A stretch of DNA of 64,000 nucleotides from an uncultured Bacteroidales bacterium (GCA_963749345.1 CAVVMO010000001.1:1011336-1075335); one strand, 5' to 3'; positions 28,787 through 40,520 are shown, counted from the first letter of the stretch. Notes: generated by a model not told the origin, from the sequence alone. Numbers and translations are program-made.

Positions 28787-30301
28787 ATGAAAAACAGAAA
28801 ATCAATAACGACACAGATTTTATTAATCATTGCAGTATTAGTGGTGATCAATATTTTGTCGGAACGGTTTTTCTTCCGGCTCGATTTTACCGAAGATGGC
28901 CGTTATACCCTTAGCAAGGCTACCAAAGATATTTTGAAACAACTGGAAGAACCTGTTACAGTGACGGCCTATTTTACAGAAGAGCTGCCACCGGATCTCT
29001 CGGTTACGAGAAATGATTTTAAAGACTTGCTGGTAGAATATGCCAATATTTCGAAAGGCAAGGTATTGTACGAATTTATCGATCCCAACAAAGATCAGGC
29101 TACCGAGCAAAAGGCATTCCAGGCAGGGGTTCAGCCGGTACTGGTAAGTACGCGTGAAAAGGATGAATCTACTCAGAAGAAAGTCTTTATGGGTGCACTG
29201 GTTCAACTGGGCAACGACAAAGAGGTTATCCCCTTCATGCAACCCGGTGCAGCCATGGAATATTCCCTTTCGACCAGCATTAAAAAGCTGTCAGTCGCCA
29301 ATAAACCACAGATAGGTCTGTTGCAGGGACATGGTGAACCCGGTGTAGCTTCCATGAGTCAGGTAATGCAATCACTCGCAGTGCTTTACCAGGTAGTTCC
29401 TGTTTACCTAAAAGACAGCGACAATTTGAACCAGTATAAAACCATTGTCATTATTTCTCCAAAAGATACCATCCCGTCCGGTCATTTTCAATTGCTCGAT
29501 AATTACCTGGCACAGGGTGGAAACTTAGTTATAGCAATGGATCGTGTGGATGGTGACTTTTCAACGGTTCAGGGAAAATCAGTTGAAACCGGGCTGGAGC
29601 GCTGGCTGAGCGAGAAGGGAATGGTGGTTGAGAATAACTTTGTTGTGGATGCTAATTGTGGAAGTGTGGGTGTCCAGCAGCGTCAGGGGGTTTTCAACTT
29701 CACTACCAATGTTAAGTTCCCCTTTCTTCCCATCATCAATTCTTTCGAAGTTCATCCCATTACGAAAGGCCTTGAACAGGTATTACTGCCTTTTGCAAGT
29801 TCCATTACCTATACAGGCGACGCTTCAAAAACTTTTATTCCTTTGGCTAAAAGTTCGGATAAATCGGGAACATTATCACCACCCCTTTACTTTGATGTGA
29901 ATAAAAAATGGAATGACGCAGATTTTCCATTGTCAAAACTAACCGTTGGCGCTTTATTAAGCGGTAAACTATCAGGAAGTGCTGAATCAAATATCGTGGT
30001 TTTTTCAGATGGCCAGTTCTGCATTAATGGAGAAGGGCAGCAGGCGCAGCAGTTATCACCCGACAACATTAGTCTCATGGTAAACTCTATTGATTTTCTC
30101 TCGGATGATACCGGCTTAATCGATCTGAGGACAAAAGGTGTAACATCCCGCCCGCTCGATCAGATTGAAGATGGAAAGAAGGCTTTCCTGAAATGGTTAA
30201 ACTTCCTGTTGCCTATTATCCTAATTCTGATCTACGGAATTTTCAGGATGCAGCAAAAAAGAAACCTGCGGGTAAAAAGAATGGAACAAGGGTATGTTTG
30301 A
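28787..30301 (+). CDS. gldG: GldG-type ABC transporter auxiliary component
   Basis: 504-aa ORF with N- and C-terminal TM anchors and a large external domain, in the expected cassette position. Confidence 0.65.
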   Translation: MKNRKSITTQILLIIAVLVVINILSERFFFRLDFTEDGRYTLSKATKDILKQLEEPVTVTAYFTEELPPDLSVTRNDFKDLLVEYANISKGKVLYEFIDPNKDQATEQKAFQAGVQPVLVSTREKDESTQKKVFMGALVQLGNDKEVIPFMQPGAAMEYSLSTSIKKLSVANKPQIGLLQGHGEPGVASMSQVMQSLAVLYQVVPVYLKDSDNLNQYKTIVIISPKDTIPSGHFQLLDNYLAQGGNLVIAMDRVDGDFSTVQGKSVETGLERWLSEKGMVVENNFVVDANCGSVGVQQRQGVFNFTTNVKFPFLPIINSFEVHPITKGLEQVLLPFASSITYTGDASKTFIPLAKSSDKSGTLSPPLYFDVNKKWNDADFPLSKLTVGALLSGKLSGSAESNIVVFSDGQFCINGEGQQAQQLSPDNISLMVNSIDFLSDDTGLIDLRTKGVTSRPLDQIEDGKKAFLKWLNFLLPIILILIYGIFRMQQKRNLRVKRMEQGYV

Positions 30302-30345
30302 TTTTAGATTTACGATTTTTGGTTTGAAATAAAAAATTTATTAAC

Positions 30346-31341
30346 ATGCTATCAAAATTTTTAAATACAAAGACATTAATCATTTTACTGGTTGTTTTAG
30401 GATTGGTTTATCTTATCTCCAAACTAACGGAAAGAGAAGAAAGAACCTTTAAAAGTGAAATGGTATCCATTGATACTGCAGTTGTGACTAAAATGATCAT
30501 CCACCCCAAACTTGGGGATCAGGGGAAAGAGGTAACCTTTACTAAAACAGGTGCAGAGTGGAAACTGGAATCGGATATGAAATCTTATAAACCGGATCCG
30601 ACATCAGTTAAAAATATCCTATCTGAATTGGTCAGGATGAAGTCGGAGAGAGTTGCAGCTACAGAGGAAGCAAAATGGAAAGAATTTGAAGTAACGGATT
30701 CAACTGCCACCCGGATTATGCTTTACAACGATAGTAAATTACTCGCTGATCTTTATGTTGGAAAGTTCAATTATGTGCAGCCACCGCAGGGACAGGGTCA
30801 GCAAAACCCATATCAGCAGCAAAGCAAAGGCAAGATGTCAACCTATGTGAGACCGGCAGGTGATAAGGAGGTTTATGTGGTGGATGGGTTTATAAAAATG
30901 AGTATTCAGGCCAATGTGAACGCATACAGGGATAAGACTTTGTTTGCCTGCAACAAGGATGACCTGACAAAAATTGCCTTTAATTATCCGAACAATGAAA
31001 GTTTCGTGTTAGGCAAAGAAGGAACGAAATGGTTCCTCAATGGTCAACCCACCGACTCAACAAAAACAGCAAAATACCTAAATAAGCTTGCACGCATAAC
31101 CAGCTCAAACTTCATTGATGAGGTGATTCCGCTTACCAGCTCTCCCACCCATCAGGTAAAGTTTGAAGGGAACAACCTAATACCTTCCGAAATTAACGCA
31201 TTTCCTGCTGATTCGGTTAACCAGTTTGTAGTTACATCATCACTTGTTCCTGATGCAAAATACAGCGGTTCTAAATCAGGCTTGTTCGAAAGGGTTTTTG
31301 CTAAAAGCAGTGAGTTTTTTGCAGACGAGAAGAAAGATTAA
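30346..31341 (+). CDS. DUF4340-like protein (fourth gene of the GldG cassette)
   Basis: 331-aa ORF with an N-terminal TM anchor. It occupies the usual position downstream of GldG-type genes. Confidence 0.55.
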   Translation: MLSKFLNTKTLIILLVVLGLVYLISKLTEREERTFKSEMVSIDTAVVTKMIIHPKLGDQGKEVTFTKTGAEWKLESDMKSYKPDPTSVKNILSELVRMKSERVAATEEAKWKEFEVTDSTATRIMLYNDSKLLADLYVGKFNYVQPPQGQGQQNPYQQQSKGKMSTYVRPAGDKEVYVVDGFIKMSIQANVNAYRDKTLFACNKDDLTKIAFNYPNNESFVLGKEGTKWFLNGQPTDSTKTAKYLNKLARITSSNFIDEVIPLTSSPTHQVKFEGNNLIPSEINAFPADSVNQFVVTSSLVPDAKYSGSKSGLFERVFAKSSEFFADEKKD

Positions 31342-31394
31342 GAAGGAAATTTGAAAATTGAAATTTGAGGTCACTGCAAAAAATAGTCCCTTCA

Positions 31395-31429
31395 AACTTT
31401 GAACTTTGAACCCTGAACTTTAAACCCTT
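31395..31429. repeat. Five tandem heptamers (AACTTTG AACTTTG AACCCTG AACTTTA AACCCTT) abutting the start of the next gene
   Basis: Direct reading. They are the same motif type as at 14921-14948 and 24962-25024. Confidence 0.8.
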
Positions 31430-31977
31430 TGTCCTTTCCACAATATATCCGACAGAATGATACTGTTTTCCTCGGCGATAGCCTGACTGAAAGCTTTGAC
31501 CTGCAAAAGCATTTTGGGAGGAATGATCTCAGGAACCGTGGAATGAGCGGCGACCTTACGGATCATGTTCTTTACCGGCTGGAAGAAATAACCAACGTAA
31601 AGCCGGCAAAAGTTTTCCTGATGATCGGCATCAATGATATTTATCAGGGGTACGAACCGGATCACATCCTTTCGAACATTGAAAGGATCATAACTGAATT
31701 CCGCCAGAAAACTCCTGATACCAATTTATTGGTTCAAAGCATTCTTCCTATTAATCACAGCAAACTTTTCATTGAAAAATCAGTCAATACTAAAATTTAC
31801 CAAATCAATCTTCGGTTAAAATCCATTTGCGAAAATAAACAAGTGACCTTTATCGACATCCATCCTGATTTTCTGAATAATGAAGGTGAAATGGACGAAG
31901 GTTATACTTATGATGGTGTTCATTTGTCGGAAGCGGGATATATCCATTGGGCTGAGCTAATCCAGAGCTACTTTTGA
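31429..31977 (+). CDS. SGNH/GDSL hydrolase family protein
   Basis: 182-aa ORF with an apparent TTG start. It has block I (VFLGDSLTE) and the catalytic end motif DGVHLSEAGY. Confidence 0.8.
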   Translation: MSFPQYIRQNDTVFLGDSLTESFDLQKHFGRNDLRNRGMSGDLTDHVLYRLEEITNVKPAKVFLMIGINDIYQGYEPDHILSNIERIITEFRQKTPDTNLLVQSILPINHSKLFIEKSVNTKIYQINLRLKSICENKQVTFIDIHPDFLNNEGEMDEGYTYDGVHLSEAGYIHWAELIQSYF

Positions 31978-32084
31978 TGGAAGAATTTCTCTAAAGCCTT
32001 GAAAATACCTTTGTTAAAAAGTTTTTATAGCCTTATATTGTGACCATTTGGTGTTTTATCTATTTTTACCGCAAATTCAAGATT

Positions 32085-32312
32085 ATGCCTGCTATAAAAC
32101 GGATAAAACACCGCAAGAAAGTACGCTATTCCAAGTTTACCATCAAGTTGAGCACAAGACAAAAAAGGTCACTCGAAAACTATTGTACCGCCCGAAAAAC
32201 AACACCCACTAAGCTGATCAAAAAAATGATTCACCGGTATATCAATGGTTTTGACAAACTGGTACCTGATGAATATTTTGTAAGCGAAAAACAGCTTGAA
32301 TTATTTAACTAA
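32085..32312 (+). CDS. Small basic hypothetical protein
   Basis: The ORF is trimmed to the ATG at 32085 (MPAIKRIKHRKKVRYSKFTIKLSTRQKRSLENYC...). No family was recognised. Confidence 0.45.
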   Translation: MPAIKRIKHRKKVRYSKFTIKLSTRQKRSLENYCTARKTTPTKLIKKMIHRYINGFDKLVPDEYFVSEKQLELFN

Positions 32313-32464
32313 TAATCCCTGTTGGTAGGAATATTTCCCGATTGATTATCTATAAAATTGAGCGGCGTTAAATTTTGTATCAAATCGGTTTTCACAGGAA
32401 CCGGGTTAATCACTTCAAATTAAAATCAAGCGCAGGACAATGGCATTCAAATTCTGATTTGTAA

Positions 32465-32950
32465 TCAGATTCCATTCTTTTTTATGAGGACTACTGCATA
32501 AGCAGCGATTCCTTCTTCGCGGCCTGTAAAACCAAGCTTCTCAGTGGTGGTTGCTTTGATTGAAATATCTTCTTCGTTCAGGCAGCTTACTGAAGCAAGT
32601 GTTTTTTTCATCCGGGGAATGTATTCTGATATCTTGGGCTTCTCAAGACAAAGTGTAGAATCAATGTTATTAACCGTATACTTATGTTCCCTTACCATAT
32701 CGCAAACTTTCTCGAGGAGTTTCATGCTTTCAATACCTTTATATTTGGGATCGGTATTCGGAAAATGAAAACCAATATCCCTTAGATTTAAAGCGCCAAG
32801 AATGGCATCACATATAGCATGAATTAATACATCCGCATCAGAGTGGCCAATGGCTCCTTTTTCGGAAGGAATATTTACGCCTCCGATCCAGAGAGGTTCA
32901 CCCTCTTTCAGTTTATGAACATCAAACCCAAATCCAACTTTAATTTTCAT
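32465..32950 (-). CDS. ispF: 2-C-methyl-D-erythritol 2,4-cyclodiphosphate synthase
   Basis: Contains KVGFGFDVHKL...GHSDADVLIHAICDAILGA and KATTTEKLGF. Confidence 0.95.
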   Translation of the reverse strand: MKIKVGFGFDVHKLKEGEPLWIGGVNIPSEKGAIGHSDADVLIHAICDAILGALNLRDIGFHFPNTDPKYKGIESMKLLEKVCDMVREHKYTVNNIDSTLCLEKPKISEYIPRMKKTLASVSCLNEEDISIKATTTEKLGFTGREEGIAAYAVVLIKKNGI

Positions 32951-33080
32951 AAGCATACCCAAGTTTATTCTTTACCTGATAATAGTGCATTTCAAACATG
33001 AAATGTATCGCCATTAAAAAAGGCTCATGCCATTGTACGCACAAGCCTCAAAATCGTTATCTGAATTTTTAGTTTTATAC

Positions 33081-34274
33081 TTAATTGCTTTGTTTCTTAA
33101 ATCCGTCAAAATCGAAAACAAGTGTGAATCGAAGTGTATTTGCAAGTGGATTTTGTTGTTCTGTCGGGATCAGGTATGAAAAATCAAGGCCAAAAACATT
33201 GTACCTTAATCCAACACCCAAAGTGAAGAATTGTCTGCCACCTTTCATGGTACTTTCATGGAAATATCCGCCTCTCACGCTGAACTGCTTGGCATACCAG
33301 TATTCTACACCGAGTACCCAAATGATTTCTTTCAGCTCCTCGCTGAATCCACCCGGAGCATCATAAAAGGACTGCACCATTCCTTTGGGAACCGATACAT
33401 TATCGTCCATTCCATCATAGATGACATAGTTTCCTGAAGCATCAACAGAATCAGGATACAGAATGGGTGGCGTGGGCACAAGAAGTTTATCCAGGTCGAT
33501 TGAAAAACGAAAGGAATTAAATTCGTCAATGTTCATGAGCCAGGAGGGTCCGATCCGTAAATTTGTAGGAATAAAATCTTTATTTAGGTCATCAACTGAA
33601 TAAGACATTTTTGCACCGATGTTGGTAATTGCAGCTCCAAATGCAAGCTTTGATGATTCAAGCCAGGGGATGCTCAGATCACTGGTATAAAAAAAAGTGA
33701 CATCAGCAGCAACAGATGTTCCGGCTTTTGTTGTAGTACCTTCAACTTCCTGCCCTGCAGTAAGGTTTGAGTATATGAACCGGGCAGCTATAGCGCCTGA
33801 AATTTTCTGAGAGAATTTCCTGGAATAGGCTCCGTCAAGTGAAAATTCACTTGGGCGGACATTCATATAATTATAGCCTGTTATATCAGTAAAAGCAATT
33901 TCACCCAATGAGAAAAATTTAAGTGAACCCGCTACCGCTGAACGGTCATCAATTTTTGCATATCCTGTAAGATAAGCAAGGTTGATATCAGGTACCAGCT
34001 TTTTCAGCCAGGGGCTATAACTCACTGAGAATCCAAATTGTTTATCGATAAAGGCATATTTAGCAGCATTCCAATGCATGGAATTTGCATCCGGTTCGGT
34101 AGCAGCCCCTAATTCTCCCATTCCTCCCGATCGTGCATCAGGACCGATGCCTAAAAATGGAACAGCCGTTGTAATTGTATTGGTTGAATTTTGCCCGATT
34201 AAAGTTTCGTCCTGAGATTGTAAAATACCAATGGCTAAAAAAAGCCCGGAAATAATTAAAGAAAGTCTCTTCAT
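33081..34274 (-). CDS. porV: Type IX secretion system outer-membrane protein PorV (LptO)
   Basis: 397-aa ORF with a signal peptide, the PorV-typical block ITTAVPFLGIGPDARSGGMGELGAATEPDANSMHWNAAKYAF and a beta-barrel-like C-terminus (RFTLVFDF). Confidence 0.85.
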   Translation of the reverse strand: MKRLSLIISGLFLAIGILQSQDETLIGQNSTNTITTAVPFLGIGPDARSGGMGELGAATEPDANSMHWNAAKYAFIDKQFGFSVSYSPWLKKLVPDINLAYLTGYAKIDDRSAVAGSLKFFSLGEIAFTDITGYNYMNVRPSEFSLDGAYSRKFSQKISGAIAARFIYSNLTAGQEVEGTTTKAGTSVAADVTFFYTSDLSIPWLESSKLAFGAAITNIGAKMSYSVDDLNKDFIPTNLRIGPSWLMNIDEFNSFRFSIDLDKLLVPTPPILYPDSVDASGNYVIYDGMDDNVSVPKGMVQSFYDAPGGFSEELKEIIWVLGVEYWYAKQFSVRGGYFHESTMKGGRQFFTLGVGLRYNVFGLDFSYLIPTEQQNPLANTLRFTLVFDFDGFKKQSN

Positions 34275-34641
34275 AAAAAATTTTCGAAAATGTTAAAGAT
34301 TAAAAAAAGTTTGCAAAGTTAACGATATTTTGGAGATAATATTGCCAAATTTTTCTATTCCTAATGATATTATATGCCATACCAATTAAGAATAACTTCA
34401 CCCTTCAAACTAAACAGACATAAAAACTTAAACAAACCTATATTATTGTATTCACAACAATAATTTGAAAATTCCGTATTTATAAACCAATATAAAATTC
34501 AAAATAGCCCATTTTCCAGTCCTTAGTTTTTGGAATCTCTTTTCAATATATTGACCATCAAAATCAATAATTTGAAAAGTAATTGTTCAGTCGCACTAAC
34601 AATTTTTCCTAATTTAGCGGCAGTTTTTAAAACTTACTTTT

Positions 34642-36111
34642 ATGCATTTCGATAAAGATAAATTTGCTGGTGAAGGACTTACCTACGATGATGTTTTGCT
34701 GCTACCGGCGTACTCTGAAGTATTGCCCCGCGGGGTTGATACAACCACACTTTTTACAAAAACCATCAGGCTTAACATCCCTATCGTGTCAGCAGCTATG
34801 GATACTGTGACCGAACATAAAATGGCGATAGCTTTGGCTCAGGAAGGAGGCATCGGGGTAATTCATAAAAATATGACCATTGAGGAACAGGCCAGTGAAG
34901 TGCGAAGGGTAAAGCGAGCTGAAAACGGGATGATACTGGATCCTATCACCATCGAAAAGGATGCACTTGTCGGAGACGCTTTGAGGTTAATGAGCGAATA
35001 CGGAATTGGGGGGATCCCGGTGGTAGATAAAAAGAATGTCCTTGTTGGAATTGTTACTAACCGCGATTTAAGATTTGAAAAAAATCCTGATAAACCTGTT
35101 GATGAGGTAATGACCAAAGAGAATCTTATCACGACTACCGAATTTACAGATTTTGAGAAAGCAGGCGATATTCTTCAGCAATATAAAATTGAAAAATTAC
35201 CGGTTGTCGATAGCAATTATAAATTGGTGGGATTAATCACCTATAAAGATATTATTAAAATAAAGGAAAGGCCCAATGCCTGCAAGGACAGCAGGGGACG
35301 ATTAAGGGTAGCCGCCGCTGTTGGAGTTACCGGAGATACCCTTGATAGGGTGAGCGCATTGATTGAATCTCAGGTAGATGCCATTGTGATCGATACGGCT
35401 CATGGTTTTTCAAAAGGAGTCATGATTATGGCAAAGGAAGTAAAAAAACGCTACCCGGACTTGCAGTTGATCGTCGGGAATATCGGTACTTCAGATGCCG
35501 CTGAAACCCTGGCAAAGATTGGAGTGGATGCAGTAAAGGTTGGGATTGGGCCAGGCTCCATTTGCACTACCCGTGTAATTGCCGGGATTGGGATTCCTCA
35601 GCTTACTGCGATTCATGAAGTATCGAAAGGGCTTAAGGGAAGCGGAATTCCGCTTATTGCAGATGGTGGTATACGATACACCGGCGATATTGTGAAAGCT
35701 ATCGCGGCCGGGGCGGACAGCATCATGGCCGGGTCCTTATTTGCAGGGGTTGATGAATCTCCGGGTGAAACCATCATCTTTGAAGGAAGGAAATTCAAAA
35801 CCTACAGGGGAATGGGATCCATCGAAGCGATGCAAAAAGGCTCTAAGGACAGGTACTTCCAGGATGTAGAAGACGATATTAGAAAGCTTGTTCCGGAAGG
35901 AATTGTGGGGAGGGTTCCGTTTAAAGGCGGATTATCAGAAGTGATTCATCAAATGGTTGGAGGGTTAAGAGCCGGGATGGGTTACACCGGTTCAGCTAAT
36001 ATCCAGCAATTGCAAAAGGCCAAGTTCATTAAGATTACTTCGGCAGGAATGATCGAAAGCCATCCCCACGACATAACCATTACACGGGAAGCTCCAAATT
36101 ACAGCCGGTAG
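34642..36111 (+). CDS. guaB: IMP dehydrogenase
   Basis: 489-aa ORF with a CBS pair, catalytic [11 protein letters not shown] and GGIRYTGD. Confidence 0.97.
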   Translation: MHFDKDKFAGEGLTYDDVLLLPAYSEVLPRGVDTTTLFTKTIRLNIPIVSAAMDTVTEHKMAIALAQEGGIGVIHKNMTIEEQASEVRRVKRAENGMILDPITIEKDALVGDALRLMSEYGIGGIPVVDKKNVLVGIVTNRDLRFEKNPDKPVDEVMTKENLITTTEFTDFEKAGDILQQYKIEKLPVVDSNYKLVGLITYKDIIKIKERPNACKDSRGRLRVAAAVGVTGDTLDRVSALIESQVDAIVIDTAHGFSKGVMIMAKEVKKRYPDLQLIVGNIGTSDAAETLAKIGVDAVKVGIGPGSICTTRVIAGIGIPQLTAIHEVSKGLKGSGIPLIADGGIRYTGDIVKAIAAGADSIMAGSLFAGVDESPGETIIFEGRKFKTYRGMGSIEAMQKGSKDRYFQDVEDDIRKLVPEGIVGRVPFKGGLSEVIHQMVGGLRAGMGYTGSANIQQLQKAKFIKITSAGMIESHPHDITITREAPNYSR

Positions 36112-36230
36112 AAAAGTTAAAATTTCTAAAAACCGTTATTTATTGCCTAAAAGCGGCTTTTGATTCTTCCAGATGTATTACTAATTAAATTATCTTTGCC
36201 CCTTGTAAATAAATTTTAATCCGAAATATA

Positions 36231-38222
36231 ATGATTATGAGTAGTTTAAGAAAATTTTTAACGATTTGCATGTTAACTTTAGCAGTATTTGAATTATCTG
36301 CCCAGGATAAACGTTCCCTTATTAATATTGCAGGGGAAGATGTAACTGTGGATGATTTTATGTATGTTTATAAGAAGAACAATACTCAGGGGAACATCAC
36401 CGATAAAAAATCAATTGAAGAATACCTGGGGCTGTATATCAACTTTAAATTGAAGGTTAAAGAAGCCGAAGCGCTGGGATATGACACCGTTACAGCATTT
36501 ATAAAGGAGCTTGCCGGTTACCGTGAACAATTAGCTGAGCCTTATTTTGTGAATGAAGAAATAACGGAGGCATTATTAAAAGAGGCCTATGAAAGGTATA
36601 AGGAGGATATCAGGGCCAGTCATATTTTAATAAAGGTAGGTCCTGCTGCTATGCCTGCCGATACATTGGTAGCATATAATAAAATGATGTCAGCCAAAAA
36701 CCGGATTGCCAATGGGGAATCGTTTGAAATGGTTGCTAAAGATGTTTCGGATGATCCATCAGCCCGCGACAGGATGTCACCGAAGAATAAAACAATGCCC
36801 GGCAATGGAGGCGACCTTGGATATTTTACAGTATTTGATATGGTTTATCCATTTGAAACCGGAGCCTATACCACTCAAACCGGTAACGTTTCCAAACCGG
36901 TCCGTTCCGATTTTGGTTACCATCTAATAAAAGTAACCGACCGGATTCCGGCTCAGGGATCCATTGAGGTGGCTCATCTTTTCCTTCAGATGCCGGAAAA
37001 TGCTACACATGAAGATTCATTGAATATCCATTTAAGAGTTGATTCTTTATATCAGAGAATTCAAATTGGAGAAAACTTTGAAGATCTTGTTAAGCAATAT
37101 TCTGATGATAAAGGTTCAGCCCAGAGAGGAGGAATGCTCCCAAAATTCAATGTCAACCGAATGGTTCCTGAGTTTATACAGACAATCAATTCCCTTAGCG
37201 ATTCAGGTGATATTTCAAATCCGGTGCAGACATATTACGGATGGCATATCATAAAATTGTATAGCAAGTCGGGGATTAATTCATTTGATGAAGAGAAGGA
37301 AAACCTGGGTAAAAGAATAAAAAAAGATAGTCGTGCACAAAAAAGTAAAGATGTAATCATAAGTGACATCAAAAAAGAATACGGATATAAAGTCAATGAA
37401 AAGGGATTAAATAAAATGTACAGCCTCTTCGATTCAACAATATACCAGGGCAAATGGACTGTTCCGGCTGGTGAGGCGTTGAGTAGTGCAGTGTTTACCC
37501 TCGATAAGCAACCCTTTACCCAAAAACAATTTGCTGAGTTTATTGCCGCTGATCAGAATATTGCCAAAGAGGAAAGCATCAACGAGTTTGTAAATAAGAA
37601 ATTTGCTGAATTTTCAAATAAGGAATGTAAAGCCTACGAGGATAAACATCTGGAAGAAAAGTATCCTGAATTCAAGGCTATCACGAAAGAATACCGTGAT
37701 GGTATCCTTTTATTCGAATTGACTAACGACAAAATCTGGACTTATGCCACTAAAGATACAACCGGATTAAAGAACTACTATGACCAGCACAGTTCTGATT
37801 TTATGTGGGATACCCGTCTTGATGCTTCCATATACACTTTCAGCGATACATCTTATGTCCGGCTAGCAAGGACTTTGGCTAATGAAGGAAAATCGGATGA
37901 GGAAGTACTGACAGCTATCAATAATGACTCATTGAATGTTTTAAAAATAGAGAGAAAAAAATTCCAGAGCAAGGACAACAGCCTCATAGATTCGATAAAA
38001 TGGAAAAAAGGAATTTCTGAGAATAAGATAGAAAAAGGAAAGACTGTTTTTGTTGTCGTTCATGACAAAGTTGAACCAGAGCCTAAAACTTTTGATGAGG
38101 CCAGAGGATTAATTACTGCAGGCTATCAGGAATACCTGGAGAAAGAATGGATAAAGGAATTAAAAGCCAAATATCCAGTGGTGATTCATGAGGATGTTTT
38201 GGCCTCATTGACCAAGAAATAA
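36231..38222 (+). CDS. Peptidyl-prolyl cis-trans isomerase, parvulin-domain (PpiC-type) periplasmic chaperone
   Basis: 663-aa ORF with a signal peptide and two parvulin-like cores (ASHILIK..., GGDLGYF...FGYHLIKV and GGMLPKF...YGWHIIKL). Confidence 0.8.
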   Translation: MIMSSLRKFLTICMLTLAVFELSAQDKRSLINIAGEDVTVDDFMYVYKKNNTQGNITDKKSIEEYLGLYINFKLKVKEAEALGYDTVTAFIKELAGYREQLAEPYFVNEEITEALLKEAYERYKEDIRASHILIKVGPAAMPADTLVAYNKMMSAKNRIANGESFEMVAKDVSDDPSARDRMSPKNKTMPGNGGDLGYFTVFDMVYPFETGAYTTQTGNVSKPVRSDFGYHLIKVTDRIPAQGSIEVAHLFLQMPENATHEDSLNIHLRVDSLYQRIQIGENFEDLVKQYSDDKGSAQRGGMLPKFNVNRMVPEFIQTINSLSDSGDISNPVQTYYGWHIIKLYSKSGINSFDEEKENLGKRIKKDSRAQKSKDVIISDIKKEYGYKVNEKGLNKMYSLFDSTIYQGKWTVPAGEALSSAVFTLDKQPFTQKQFAEFIAADQNIAKEESINEFVNKKFAEFSNKECKAYEDKHLEEKYPEFKAITKEYRDGILLFELTNDKIWTYATKDTTGLKNYYDQHSSDFMWDTRLDASIYTFSDTSYVRLARTLANEGKSDEEVLTAINNDSLNVLKIERKKFQSKDNSLIDSIKWKKGISENKIEKGKTVFVVVHDKVEPEPKTFDEARGLITAGYQEYLEKEWIKELKAKYPVVIHEDVLASLTKK

Positions 38223-38230
38223 CATTTCAC

Positions 38231-39067
38231 TTGAACAAGTTTTTATTGCCGGGATTGATTTTATTAACTTCTTGTTTTAATGGTATGGACAAGAATAATG
38301 AATCTCTGGCAAGGGTAAATAATGATTATCTTTATAAATCGGAACTTAAGAATATTGTTCCGGAAGGGACATCAGGACGAGATAGTATTTTAATTGTCCA
38401 AAATTTTGTCAATAACTGGGTAACTGAAAAGCTTATCCTTAATAAAGCACAAAAAAACCTGAGGAAGGCAGACATACAGTTTGAAAAACAATTAGAAGAG
38501 TACAGAAATTCACTCATTATTTATAAATACGAATCTCAACTGATCAACCAAACTTTGGATACGATAGTTTCTGCTGCGGAAATTGAAAAGTTTTACTACG
38601 ACAACATCAGCAATTTTCAATTGAAAGACAATATCATTAAAGTGTATTATGCCCGGTTCGACAGCAATCTCCCTGAATTTAATAAGATCAGGAGATTTTT
38701 TTATTCCGATACACCTGAACACAGAGACTCACTGCAGAAATACGTTGAAAAATATTCCGATCTTTACTACAGGGATGATGAAACCTGGATTTTATTTGAT
38801 GATTTAATTAAATACATCCCCATCAATACATACAACCAGGAATCGTATTTGCAAAATCACCGGAAAATAGAAATCAACGACGATCCGATGGTTTATTTTG
38901 TCAATTTTACAGATTTTAAGATCAAAGATGGGGAGTCGCCCCTGAGTTTTGAAAAAGAGAATATAAGGCAAATCATTATTAATAAAAGAAAGTTGAAAAT
39001 TATAAGCCAGATGCGTGAAAATGTATTTCAGGCGGCATTAAAAGAGAACAGTTTTGAAATATATTAA
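38231..39067 (+). CDS. Hypothetical lipoprotein, SurA-N-like chaperone domain suspected
   Basis: 278-aa ORF with a TTG start and lipobox LLTSC. It sits between two PPIase genes. Confidence 0.4.
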   Translation: MNKFLLPGLILLTSCFNGMDKNNESLARVNNDYLYKSELKNIVPEGTSGRDSILIVQNFVNNWVTEKLILNKAQKNLRKADIQFEKQLEEYRNSLIIYKYESQLINQTLDTIVSAAEIEKFYYDNISNFQLKDNIIKVYYARFDSNLPEFNKIRRFFYSDTPEHRDSLQKYVEKYSDLYYRDDETWILFDDLIKYIPINTYNQESYLQNHRKIEINDDPMVYFVNFTDFKIKDGESPLSFEKENIRQIIINKRKLKIISQMRENVFQAALKENSFEIY

Positions 39068-39161
39068 GGCCTTCATGTACTTTTTGTAAGCTTTGTTTGT
39101 TATATATTTTCGAATTGTGATTCATCAGCATCTGTGACACAGCATTTATCATTCAAAAATT

Positions 39162-40520
39162 ATGTTTTTTAAGATTAACAAAATTTTCCTGACGCTATTC
39201 TGTTTAACTGTTTATCCTTTACTATTTGCCCAGGAGCAGGGAAAAATAATTGATCAGGTGATTGCTGTGGTAGGAGGACACATTATTCTTGAATCAGATG
39301 TTGAGGCACAATACATGCAATACCGCATGCAGGAAGAAATTACCGGTAGCAGCTCAACGGTAAAATGCGAGATGCTTGAGTCAATGCTTTACCAGAAATT
39401 GTTGCTAAACCAGGCTGAACTCGACAGTATTGAAGTAACGGATTCGCAAGTTGAAGCCACCCTGGACCAAAGGCTCCGATACTATATTGGATTACTTGGT
39501 TCGCCTGAAAAATTTGAAGAATACTATCAAAAAACCATTGAAGAATTTAAGGATGAACTCAGAGAACAGGTTAAAGAGCTATTGCTGGTTGAAAGTGTTC
39601 AGGAAAAAATAACCGGAGACGTTAAAATAACGCCTACAGAAGTTAAGGCTTTCTTTAAGAAAATACCCGAGGACAGTATTCCATTTGTGAATTCTGAGGT
39701 TGAGTTAGCTCAGATTGTTAAGCTCCCCCCCATCAATCGGGAGGAAACCGAAAAAGTTAAAAATAAGCTGCAGGAACTTAGATACCGGGTATTGAACGGG
39801 GAGAATTTTGCTACACTGGCCATCCTGTATTCTGAAGATCCGGGATCAGCAAAGAATGGCGGAGAACTTGGATTATTTGGCAGGGGAGAAATGTACCCGG
39901 CTTTCGAGGCTGCTGCTTTCAGTGTTGAAAAAGGTACTGTTTCCGAAATTGTTGAAACTGAGGCTGGTTTTCATATCCTGCAGCTGATCGAGCGAAGGGG
40001 AGAATACGTTAATGTGCGTCACATTTTGCTGCGTCCTAAAGTATCACCCTTCGACCTTGCCCGCGCTAAGGTTCAGCTCGACAGCATAGCCAATCTGATC
40101 GCTGAAAAAAAATACACTTTCGATGAAGCCATTATTAAATTTTCAGATGATCCCAGCAAAAACAACGGAGGTCTTTTGATCAATCAAATGACCAAAACTT
40201 CGCTATTCGAGATGGATCAGCTAGATCCGAAAGTTTCGTTTGTCATTGCTAAACTTGAAGTGGGTGAAATATCTGCACCGGTGCAGTTTCAGACACTAGA
40301 TACGAAAGATGCCTACCGGATTTTATACCTGAAAAAGAGGACTGAACCTCATCAGGCTAACTTAAAACAGGACTACGATCGTATTCAGGAATCTGCGATG
40401 GCAAATAAGAAACAGCAGGTGATTAATGACTGGATTGAAGATAAGGCAAGTCAGACCTACGTCAGAATTAATGACAGTTATAAAGATTGTAATTTTATCA
40501 ACCAATGGGCTAATAAATAA
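39162..40520 (+). CDS. SurA-like periplasmic chaperone / peptidyl-prolyl isomerase
   Basis: 452-aa ORF with a signal peptide, a SurA N-terminal-type region and a parvulin core (GGELGLF...EAGFHILQL). Confidence 0.8.
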   Translation: MFFKINKIFLTLFCLTVYPLLFAQEQGKIIDQVIAVVGGHIILESDVEAQYMQYRMQEEITGSSSTVKCEMLESMLYQKLLLNQAELDSIEVTDSQVEATLDQRLRYYIGLLGSPEKFEEYYQKTIEEFKDELREQVKELLLVESVQEKITGDVKITPTEVKAFFKKIPEDSIPFVNSEVELAQIVKLPPINREETEKVKNKLQELRYRVLNGENFATLAILYSEDPGSAKNGGELGLFGRGEMYPAFEAAAFSVEKGTVSEIVETEAGFHILQLIERRGEYVNVRHILLRPKVSPFDLARAKVQLDSIANLIAEKKYTFDEAIIKFSDDPSKNNGGLLINQMTKTSLFEMDQLDPKVSFVIAKLEVGEISAPVQFQTLDTKDAYRILYLKKRTEPHQANLKQDYDRIQESAMANKKQQVINDWIEDKASQTYVRINDSYKDCNFINQWANK